From Magallana gigas (taxonomy: Eukaryota), in contig NC_088860.1 in NCBI RefSeq assembly GCF_963853765.1, forward strand, positions 32,674,001 to 32,738,000: a DNA stretch of 64,000 nt. The letters run 5' to 3'. Both the position numbers and the translations under genes were made by a program. The notes under the pieces were generated by a model. The model searched no databases, had not been told where the DNA came from, and worked only from the letters and a program-made list of their open reading frames with translations. This document shows, piece by piece, positions 13,818-25,300 of the stretch (within the stretch, counting starts at the first letter, position 1; every line of letters begins with the position of its first letter).

Positions 13818-16258
13818 TTAGCTCTCCTCTTCATTTTGCCTCTTAAGCCAATTTCCGTACTTAGTTTCGTGGTCTTCATTCGAGTCTTTGTCGATTTCTT
13901 TCATGATGACGTCAGCCAGCTTCCAATTTTGGTCTAAATATTTAAAAAAAAAACAGCCTCATAAAACTCTGTATAAATATTTCACAGTATATAATATAGA
14001 ACAAATAAATGAATTTCAAGGCTAGAGACTCACCATCATATTTGATACATCTACATTTATCTTGCATTTCTGCAGGGGTAGCTTTGGACTGTAAAATGGC
14101 GGTAATCTGGTCCACGAGTTGGTCCCGCTGTTCGTACATTCGCTGTTTTGATAGTCCTGCTATCATCGAGACGTTCATCTGAGACAATGCATTAATCGGC
14201 GTCAACATCTCCCCTGCGAAGTAATAGTCGCACGTCTCACCCTACAACAGATATTTTAGTTTTGTAAATTAAGGAGGTTGGCACCCGAAATAATAGTCAT
14301 CATGTCAATCACCCCAAAACCACGTAGACATTAAGACGGTGGGGGGGGGGGGGGGGTTAAAATGTTCATTTATTTTATTTGTGACCAATGTTACATGCCA
14401 TTTTTTTTTTGGAAATATAGGGCCCCAATCAGAAATGATAATTTTCCTGAAATTTTTGCCAAAATTTGACATAGAAATTGATAATTTTAAGAAATAAATT
14501 AAAATTTATAGTTTGAATTATTATTTAGTTATGATTTTAAGTAAAAGTTTAAAAATTCTTGCTTTACTTGTGGCTTCAAAGGCCAGTACATAATGAACAC
14601 AACAACAGATGCTACAAAGTTTTAGAGTAAATAAATTATAACGCAAATAAATTTTTTTATAGTAATGTCATCTTTCCAAAACTTTGCATACAAATAGACA
14701 TACGTTTGATGAATCATTTAAAAGTAAAACAAGAAGGGGTCACATCTCAAAAATTTGAGATATAAAGCATGAAATAAGCTAAATTTAGGCCAAAATTGGA
14801 GTTTTTTCTTAAAGCAATATGAGCTGCATTTTTCATGTTGAATTTTTTTTAACTAAAATGTTCTTTTCTACTAAAATGACAAAAATATCATGGTTTTTAA
14901 ATTTCTGTTAGCCATATTTTTGTGAAAAACGCCGTTAAGAAGCCTTTCTTGGAGCAAAATTGAATTATTGATTTGCAATAAATTCCTTAGAAGATAAATA
15001 TTTCCTTTGACAAAAATTAATGATTTTTTCAAACCTTATTAATCATAAAAGTTTAAGTTACATGCAGACTTATCATACTAGAAGGTTTTTGCAGCAAAAT
15101 AAAATTCTAAAAAATACAGCTCACATTGTTTTAATTTCTATGAAATATAAGGTAAATATGCAAAAATATATCAATAGAAATATCAAAATATTGTTTAAAT
15201 ATGTTTTAGAACATCATGAATATATCGTTATACACAAACTATCTAGAAGTTTGGTCTGCGCTGAAAATTAGGAAGCTCTAGTTATGAAAATTGTTTGTTT
15301 CCTTTTGAAAACATTACGCCACAAAATATAGTCCCTTATTAAAGTCTGTAAAAATGTAATTTTTTTCAAAACAATTTAATTCAATATAGTTTATCTGGCA
15401 TTGTAAAATTTAAATATACTACTAGAATTATTAATATGTGATGCAGAATTTTCAGAATAGAGGTGACCCAAAATGGCTACCCAAAACCTAAGGAGCGAAC
15501 CTCTTTAAGATAATTCGCATTCACCGAGTATTTTCTCCATGATTATGAAAAAAAAGGATGCGATTGATCTGACAGTTACATAGTACCATATATGATATGT
15601 GGTCTCAAAAATATTTATTAAATACCAAAAGTTGTGAATTTTGCTGCGTGTTAATTCACCAGATTAAATGTTCATTCGATTGCAATAGTTTGCATCAATT
15701 TGATAGAAGCGTTGGTCACTAATATAGGTATTCTTGAAACTCGTATGTGATTTTTACTACATACACGAAAATTGATACCCACGAATATCAACAACACCGC
15801 AGACTTAGTACAATTATAAGACTGTGATATTCTGATAACTAAAAAACAATAAAAACTCCTTAAAATTTTTTTTAATCTTCTAAAAGTTTTCACATTTTCT
15901 GTTTTTTATCAATAATGAAAAAAACAATTAGTAAGTTATTTACCTGTATTCTGTAAAGTTTGCACGAAAACACTTTCTTGGTGGCGTTCATTTGTTTCTC
16001 TATAGGTTTAATTTCCAAAGGGGGTTGTATTCTTTCATCTATCTCATGCAGTAACGGTTTAAAATTACAACTTTCGGGGACCAACTCTAGCAAGTGTTTT
16101 GAAACTTTAAATTCTCTACTTGCTGTGAGTTTCCTAATATCATCCTGTGCCATTCTATGTTGCAGGCGTTCGTTAAAATCTTTAAAAAAATTATAAACAT
16201 TAAGATTCCTGTTTCAAGTTATCATTGTACAAATTAAGGTTTTGCACAGTAAAAACAA

Positions 16259-16340
<82 letters not shown>

Positions 16341-19300
16341 CTTTAATTTTATACATACCTGGCAACACATGCCTTAGATAATTGACATGGAATGCCCAAG
16401 CTAATCCGAACGCTACATTACCTACTGGTACCTGGGATTTCAGAGATATTACATCACCTGGGAATCATTAAAAAAGAAAAACCTCTGAATCAATGCAATG
16501 TTGCTTTTCCCCTCCCCTACTATGACAATGTGATACTGTAACAAGATAAACGTCAAAAGGTTGCTTTCTAGATTATTTACGTCTATTATAAACAGTAAAT
16601 AAATTGTTTACACATAAAACTGGTATTTAAAAAATGAAAATTGTCACATATCACACCACATGTTGCTTTCTATATGTAGATTATTTACATCTATTATAAA
16701 CAGTAAATGAATTGTTTACACATAAAACTTGTATTTAAAAAATGAAAATTGTCACATATCACACCCATTCACATATCACACCACATGACATGTTGCATCA
16801 CAATCACATTAATAGTGAAAGCGACATACCCTTAATGATTTCAAATATCCGTTCTTCAAAGGATGGTTCGTTAACGATATCGATATACGTGACCCATTGA
16901 ATGAAGTTTGGAATATATGAGCTATCAACGTCCTTCAGTAAAATGACGATTTTTAAATGATTTTTCTCTATACACTTATTTAGAAGTGCTGCCAGCCAGA
17001 ATTCGATAAACCTTTTCTTCTTAATGGTGTTATTAGATATCAAGCAACAAACCCATCTCGCTTCTTTCACTCTTTCTTCTACCACATCTGAAATATCAAA
17101 TAATCAAAGTACTGAAACGAAATGACGCCTAAATAATACACTGACATGGCGGAAGCGCCATAGTCAAAGGGTGCTTCAAAAACACACTTAATTTTATTAT
17201 TTATAACACCAACATTATTGAAATTTCAAAACGGAATTAACCTGGTGAGTCGATGGGTGGTCGAGCAATTGAACAACGAATGTTTTTGTCTTCCAAGAAA
17301 CCCCGGATGCTATTGATAGTTTTGTTATCCGGGTTCTTACTGTGAGACATACTCTTGCTTTCATGCGCATCAGAGTCGCTGTAAAGAAAGCAGACATCCT
17401 TGGAATAAGCTGGTCTGTTAGGGTCATAAAGGCCAGGGGGCTTCTCACCCTGAAAATAAAAAAAAAAATGATGAGCAAGATCGCCACCAAGCGTAGCATT
17501 CACGCGCGACATAAATGAATAGGAAATGAAATAGCAAAATGATTTATGTGATCATGAATGAAAAACTGACGATTATCTTTCAATATTATTAGTAGTAGTT
17601 TAATGGCGTATACATTACATACATTGCCATAGCATACAATTTAACAGTACTTTACAATAATTGTGGGTACAGGTGGGAGGCAGGTTATATAAAAAGGTAT
17701 AAAGTGGATGAAAAAATATCAAAAAAGACCAACAAAGCAGTAGTTATATATAAACTTAATTTACGCTTATTATCCACAAGCTTTTGTACACTAAACCAAA
17801 CTTACACACAACTAACATGCAACACATGTACAGTGCCTATGTCCATTTTTACCTTTTGATCCAGTGCTCTTTATAACAATAAATCGCTTTATATTATAAT
17901 ACCCCTTTAACCAAATGTTTTAAGGAACAAAAACCATTTTAATCCCAAGCTCTGGTAACAAAAAACTGTTTTATCCCATCATCTATGCAACCTTTTCTTT
18001 TTACATTTACATGTTTATCATGAGGCCAAAATCAACCTATCAAAGTGGATGCTACGAGTGAATCCCCTCCGTATTAAGTTGTCCAAGAGGATGAATATCA
18101 TTTAATTTTAGGGGACCGGTTCTCGTTTTTGTGGATAGACCAGGAAATGATAATTTGTGAGGTTAATGAATTATTAGCAGGTTATGAAAAAATGTGAGTA
18201 AAATTTATTCATAGTGTACGGAAGACCGTTGACGCCACCTAAAAAATATATTATCTTTTTAGCGACCGCCACAAAGATTAGGTGCCGGTCTCAAGATAAA
18301 ATTGGAGTAATTTTTACTTGTAATTTTTATATGCGCGTGGTGTGAACATTTAAACAATAAAATGCTTTCTTTCGTGATTTATTCGGGATATGAAGGTAGC
18401 GACATTGCAGAAAAAATACATAACCCGTGTTAGCGGGTTATGTAAAAAAAATTCTGCAATGATCGCTATCTTCATAACCCGAATGAATCATCAAAGAACG
18501 CATTTTATTGTTTATATTAACATCTTTCTTTTAGCTTATTTATATGTAACTGATTATCAAAGTTAGTAAAATTCACTAAATTACTGTTAATCTATAAAAG
18601 TACGTTAGCTGAAAGAAACAGCAAAATCGTCTCTTGTAAGACTAAATTTCAGTCCAACATCATCATGATTATTTCATGCAGTCCGTGATCTTTATTAGGT
18701 CGCTATAGATTTTGACCAATCGCTAAACGGGGTGTCAAATTGAATTTCAGTCCTGTCACTTTCATGTCAGTTTCAGGCGCTGTAGATTTCGACCAATCGA
18801 TAAATGGGGCGTGTAGATTTTAGTCTGGCTGTTTCTATAGAGCTATAAATTAACTATAAGTTTCCGTAAGAAATAGAGGAAATAATATTTGGTAGATGTA
18901 AATATAATCATATGGACCCCTGCAGAGATTTATGCTATTGTTGCCAAAAACTTTTGGATTAAAAAATGCACAAGGGCTTAACTCGACAGAGGGTTAAAAT
19001 CATTTATCTTTTATATACATCAATAATATTGCAATATAAAAATGTTTGCCAAAATACGAAACATATTGATACTAGAGGTATGTTGCAAAAAAAATGGTTC
19101 ACTCTGTCACAGATCAAAGATATTTTTGGCCGTTGTTAGAACTACATGTATACTCTTGGTCGAAATAAAGAGATAAATTGAAAATGAAGTTCGGAGAGGT
19201 TTTTTTAAAAATCGATTCTGTTGACATAAGTCTATTGGGTGTTTTTTTCTTACTTAGATGACATATAGACTGAAATATTATCTAATTTTGATGGCAGATC

Positions 19301-22300
19301 TGGAAAGGAATCAAGAATTGTAACGATGAAGAAATTATAAGAATGAGAAATAGGAATAAAGTAGATATCTTTTTTCTATTTATAAAAAAAGGTTTTTGGA
19401 CTGTATTTTTTTTATGAGCAACAGTGCAACTTTGAAGTAATATTGCAGTCCTGAACTAACAATAAACCTATGCGCAAGCTGAAAAGAGGCCGAAATGGCG
19501 GCTGCCAAAACCGTATCAGCTGGCCGCCAAATTATTAAGTAGCGGCTGCCAAAATTATTTATTTTTTCACATGACACAACTGGTTTCCGTAAATAAGAAC
19601 TTTTTTGTTAAAATTTCTAATTACTAAGTATGCCGACGACACACTCAGGTATTCTCTCAGAAATATTCACTTGGATATTTAAAAGAATGAACTGAATATT
19701 TTTTGTAATATTATTAATAAAATTGAAAATGATTTTGATTAGAATAAACGAGAAATTAAAATGTTAAATACACTGGAGCTGTATTTACTAGTACCTTATA
19801 CCTCGTTAAAAAAGACAAAAGAGTATGCATCTAAAAAAAAAGCTACAGAAGCTGATAAACAAAGCTAATAAAACGTGCATTTACTTCACTTTTTCCTAAT
19901 ATTTAGATAACTTAGAGTAAATCTTCTAGTTATTAATTTACATGTGTATAATTTTATATCCATACCTGTTTCCTCTGTGAACATGTCAAATGTAAATATT
20001 TCATTGTAATTGTTTTTAAATTTCTGTGGAGATCTAGAATGTCAGAATAGAAGATCAATATACGGACTTTTCAATTATAATGATGATCAATTCATAATGC
20101 TACGTTCCCACTATCACGATTCGCGGCGCAATTGCAACCGCGGTCTTAAAAAGTATATAGTAATCGTATAGTAATCGCATCAAATCTCACAAGATCATTA
20201 GGTATGTCATGGCAATCGTGTTAATCATAGAACATTAATTTGTCTTACTGTCAAAAAATATATACCATCAACATAATTTTATTTCATTCGTAATAATTCG
20301 TTATCATCGTATCAGATCGCATTGCATCGTTACTAAGCGCAGCCCGTCGCATTTAATCGTGGCCCCCTCCTAATCGTATTAATTAATCTGGATCAATGTT
20401 GGAGTGACAAACACCACGCTGCGCTACGTTTAGTTAAGATGTACCACAATGGTCAGTCGGGCTAAATGGATATATTGTGGGGTCGAATTGTATCAAATCG
20501 TAATCATCTTCCATCTTGATCGTAAAAAAAAATCGCCATCATTATCATACGCCATCGCAACAAAGAACATCGGTTCGTGATGCACGTATCGTAACGTATA
20601 CGAACGTATTTGCACAAACACAAGCGTCCCTAATCGGAGACTCGTTTCGTGTTCAAAACAGATCAAGATCATATCGTGAATTCTCTCTAGACAATCTTAT
20701 CCAAACAAATTTTATTGTATCTAAACGAGCAATACGATCGTTACAGATGACGTCACCTGAAATGTGTCTGTCGTGCCCGCATCGTATTCAAGCTCAACAA
20801 ATCGCACAACGACTTATAGACTCGCATCACCTTTTACCTAACCTCCTTTTTAGAATTATAGAGAATTTGTAAGATAGTTACGATCTATTTGTCAATCAAT
20901 GTGTTCGTAACAGATCGCACGACAGTGGGAACTTAGCATAAACTTAAAAGAATCACCTTGTGTTTTAATATCTTTAGCTTCAAAACTCAGAATGTCTAGA
21001 ATTGATTTTTTTCCTTGATTCATGTAAAGCGTTATTAAACAAAAATTACGAGGAAACGTTTTAAACCAATATTCCGGTAAATTAATTTTGTTGTATATGT
21101 ACATTTCAATTCGCGTACGAATGTGAGATCTTACTAAAGGAAACGTGAACAAATCCTTCACAAAACAAGAGGCCAATAGGCCTTAACGGTCACCTGAGTA
21201 GCATATAACCCATACACAAACTTGTCGAGGAGTCTCATATATGCATTTATTTAGGTTTCATTCTGGAGTAGAAAAATTATAAATTTGTAATGACGACCAC
21301 CTCTCTGCCTAAAATCTTTTAAAAGAACTATGTAACCTAATATTTTGGCGAAAAACTTAAAGATCTGGTCTACAAAATCATGAATTCAGTTTTCCTTTCA
21401 GGTGTGTGGGAGTAAAGAAGATAAGAAGACAAGTACATTATACGCATTAACACATATACATCCATTTTGGCCCTGCCTTAGAGTCACATCCCATACTTCA
21501 GGGAACATTAAAATTTCAGTAGAGGACTTCCTGGTTAACATAATTATGAAGTCAGTTTTTCATACAGATGTGTGAAAATAGAGAGGAAGATTTTTAAACA
21601 TTATATGCCTTAACACTATATTGCCATATCCCCCCCCCCCCTCCATGTCCTGAACCCCTGACCCACGGGGCCATGAATTTCACAATTTAGGTAGAGGAGT
21701 TAGTGGACATCATAACCATGTATTCAATTTTTTTGCCCACTTGTGTGGTAGTAAAGAAGAAGATTTTTTAAGATTTAATACATTTTTACTATATGACCAT
21801 ATTGGCCCAAACCTGGAGCCTGAACCCTAACACAGGGGTCATAAATGTCACAATTTTGGTGGAAGACTTAAGGACATTATAACCAGGCATTTAGTTTTTA
21901 ACAAATATATATGGGAGTAGAGAAGAAGATTTTCTAAGATTTATTACAGCTTACCTATATGGCCATATTGGCCCCACCCTAGAGCCTGAACCCCTGACAC
22001 AGGGGTCATGAATTCCACAATTTTGGTAGAGGGCTTCACGGACATCATAATCATGCATTTAGTTTTTAACAAATATATATGGAAGTAGAAGATTTTCTAA
22101 GATTTAATACATGTTTACTATATGGCCATATTCGCCCCACCCTAGAGCCAGAACCCCTGACCCAGGGGCCATGATTTTCACAATTTTGTTAGAGGGCTTC
22201 ATGTCATGGACATCATAACCATGCAACCAGTTTTTTCTTCACATGTATGGGAGTAAAGAAGAAGATTTTTGAAAATTTTGCCTTTTTGGGCATATGTGGC

Positions 22301-25300
22301 CCCACTTGTGGTGCCCCAGGGGTGTTAGAGCCACGAATTTCACTATTTAGATTCCTCTTACCATAGAGATGCCTCACACCAAAAATGGTAACAATTAGCC
22401 TTGTAGTTTTTAAGAAGAAGTTAAAAATGTAAAATTGTTAACGCACAACGGACGACGCACGACGACGGATGAAAACAGATAGCAACCTAAAAATATAATC
22501 TAACGATTTTTTAAGTAATGAGTCAAACAATCAGTATAATGCTGCTTATCTAACTAGATAAATGTGTCCTCTATGAATTGCTTTTAATATCATTCGAGCA
22601 TCTATGATTTAGAACTTTAGATAACTGTTTTCTGTAAAATGAAACATATATGTACCTTAATAATTGTAGTTTCTTTTTTTTTCTTTTTTTTCAGTCTAAA
22701 CTTATTACTTGATGTATCTACATGTAACTTTTTTAATCTCTATAATGAACATGTTTATACGTCGTAATATTAAAAATCTAAAATTTGCAGTTTGTATCAA
22801 ATATCAACAATAGTGAATTGATCATACCACCGGTTTCAGAAAGGTTTCTTCTATAGCGCTCCGGACCCCTTTGAACAAAACTCTAGACGGAGTACTTTCC
22901 TCATCTTTCCCTTCGTCTAAAATGAAGGAACGATGATACAAATGAACAAACTTCCAAACAGTTGTACGAAAAGAATGTCCAAAATCTCGACTACCAGACA
23001 ATGCCTGTTATACTCATCTTGCTTACCGTCGAACACCAAGACTTTTGCTCTTCCGAAGCATTCCTGATTTCTTGTGTGGTTTAATAGTTCTTCTGTCTTG
23101 TATTTGAACCTTTCCACTTCCGTTCTTCGCTGAAGTGGAGTTAGAAGGTTCAGAACTTCGTCTGTTATCAAGCCGAGAGCACACAGGGCGCTTGGGTACT
23201 CAGCGCAGCAGAAATATTCCTAACGGAAAAGTATCAACCTTTTTATAATTATTAATTTATGGTGGGGGAGGGGGGGGGGGTTAAGCACTACCCACATTTC
23301 CTTTCAGAAAAAAATTAGGAACCTTTTCTTTTTTTATGGAGAATTTGTTCGAGTGGTTTGTTTTTTCTCTATTCTTCTCAGAGGTGTTTCTTGTGCTTTT
23401 ATGTTAGTAGGTCTATTATCAAATTAAAAGTAGATATTTTTTGGCATTGTTCATAAAAAAATCAAAAGGCAAATTACACACTGCCAGTTTGAAACCAATC
23501 TGTATGCAATATATTATCACATTAAAATTTTCTGAATCAATTTATCTTTCTTACCTCATCTTTGCCATTTTCGTTCTTCCCGTTGACCTTGTAAATGGTC
23601 GGTGTGTATTTACGGCCATTCATTTCGATCACAACTCTACCCATATTCTGAACGTTCGGGTCTATATCCGCTATGTCTCTTTGCCCCTTTGCGCTCAGCG
23701 GACAAAGCATGAAAAATACTGTGGACATTTTGCCGAGGTTGTTTTGGAATATATCCGATTTTTGTATATATTGAGCTAGAACTACAAAAAATAATAAATA
23801 AATAAAATCATATTTTGAAAGTACATGTAGTTTAAATTTTTAACATACATGTTATTCATCAAGTTATTTAACAAGAACGTAATTTTTATAGGAAATATAA
23901 AAAATACGAAAAAAAATTAAATTATTTTGTGATAGTATATGTACTTTTTATTTTTAACATAGCCTACATGTAATTCGTCAAGTTATTTAACAAGAACGTT
24001 AATTTTATAGAAAATATAAGAACTACGAGAAAAAAAATTAATCATATTGTGATAGTACAGTCATGGAGTTTTTATTCTTAACATCTTTTGTCAAAGTTAT
24101 TTAAAGAACAACATTTTTATGAAAAGCATAAATTGTCTAGTTATTTTTGTTGGTCTTCAAATTGATATAATTATTTAAATCCACCAAGTATTATTCCCTC
24201 TATTTCTTAGGAAAACTAATAGTTAATTCATAGCTCTATAGAAACAGCCAGACTGAAATCTACACGCTCCGTTTATCGATTGGTCGACATCTACGGCAGC
24301 TGAAACTGACAAGAAAGTGACAGGATTGAATTTGACACGCCCTGTTTATCGATTGGTCGAGACCTACAACTACCTAAGAAAGATCACGGACTGCACGAAC
24401 TAACCATGGTGATGTCAGACTAAAAGTCTCACTGGAGACGATTTGGCTGTTTCTTTTAGCTAACGTACTTATGTACAGTAACAGTAATTTAGTGAATTTT
24501 ACTTACTTTTTACGCTCAATTTATTAATTAGTTAAAATAAAGATGTTAATATAAACAATAAAATGCTCACTTTGGTGATTCATGTGGGTTATGAAGGTAG
24601 CGATCATAGCAGAAAAAAATTTACATAACCCACTAACGCGGGTTATGTATTTTTTCTGCAATGTCGCTACCTTCATATCCCAAATGAATCACCAAAGTGA
24701 ACATTTTATTGTTTAATTAAAACAGAAAGACAAGACAGTTAAAGTATATGACAAATGTACCTGGTAGAATATTCTTTAAATATCCAGCGAAGTGTGACCA
24801 TGCCATTCCCACGGCAAAGTTTCCGGCCGGGAGAAGCTGGTTTAAAGATACCTCTCCTGTATAAAGCACAAATAATTCAACAACTTTATTATTATATAAC
24901 TTACACCGAAAACAAACTCACTTTTGATCTCCGTCTTATCTCGCTTTGTAATATCCCTTTTGTAGAAATAAAAAAATAAGTAGAAGAGATGAAAAGTAGT
25001 GCTGGACCTCATGCAAGTATTCATACATTGGACAACAATAAAGAATTCGGGTTCAAAAGCCGTAAAACTTGGACGAGCTCACTTTTGATCTCATTCTCGC
25101 TTTTTTTTTTAATTGGAATATATGATGGTAAAGAATGATTTGAGATAAAAAAAAAAAAAAAAAAAAAAAAAAACCCACCACCATATTATTATTTTATAAA
25201 TTCGTCTAGGTGTTATTATAGTCAGTAACTGATTTTGCTGGAAATAACTCCTTAGATGGATACATAAAAAATGGAAGAATTATCCGGCAAGGTGTGATAA

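Larger units (their letters stand above)
13818..16457 (-). other. STING cyclic-dinucleotide-binding domain 2 (exons 8-11) with a short acidic tail
   Basis: GLAWAFHVNYLRHVLP, SKHLLELVPESC, KKVFSCKLYRI, AGEMLTPINAL, CIKYDDQNWKLADVIMKEI. No PLPLRTD-like TBK1-binding tail is visible. Confidence 0.85.
22828..24856 (-). other. STING cyclic-dinucleotide-binding domain 1 (exons 2-5)
   Basis: GMAWSHFAGYLKNILP, FFMLCPLS, GRKYTPTIYKV, CAEYPSAL, KVLVFDD..PSRVLFKGVR align in order with the STING ligand-binding domain. Confidence 0.85.

Noticed and set aside
13660-13860. Extra spliced tail for TIR-STING (AA|GTACGG donor to TTTCAG acceptor, giving KLPFKGRFFLFLTIF...)
   Set aside because: Exon 11 already ends in a clean TAA with AATAAA downstream; the donor is weak and the peptide resembles nothing I recognise.
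15890-16153. ORF read first as a death-domain-like helical region
   Set aside because: Once joined to the 99-nt GLAWAF exon it aligns with the STING LYILLPLDC and RVYSNSIY segments.
17450-17512. Independent ATG start (MSRVNATLGG...) for a separate second TIR-STING gene
   Set aside because: The frame runs through a T-rich tract and CAG acceptor whose phase matches the exon-5 donor. An internal promoter cannot be excluded without 5' data.
20516-20872. 118-aa ORF
   Set aside because: Lies wholly inside the Harbinger-type MITE and has no transposase motifs.
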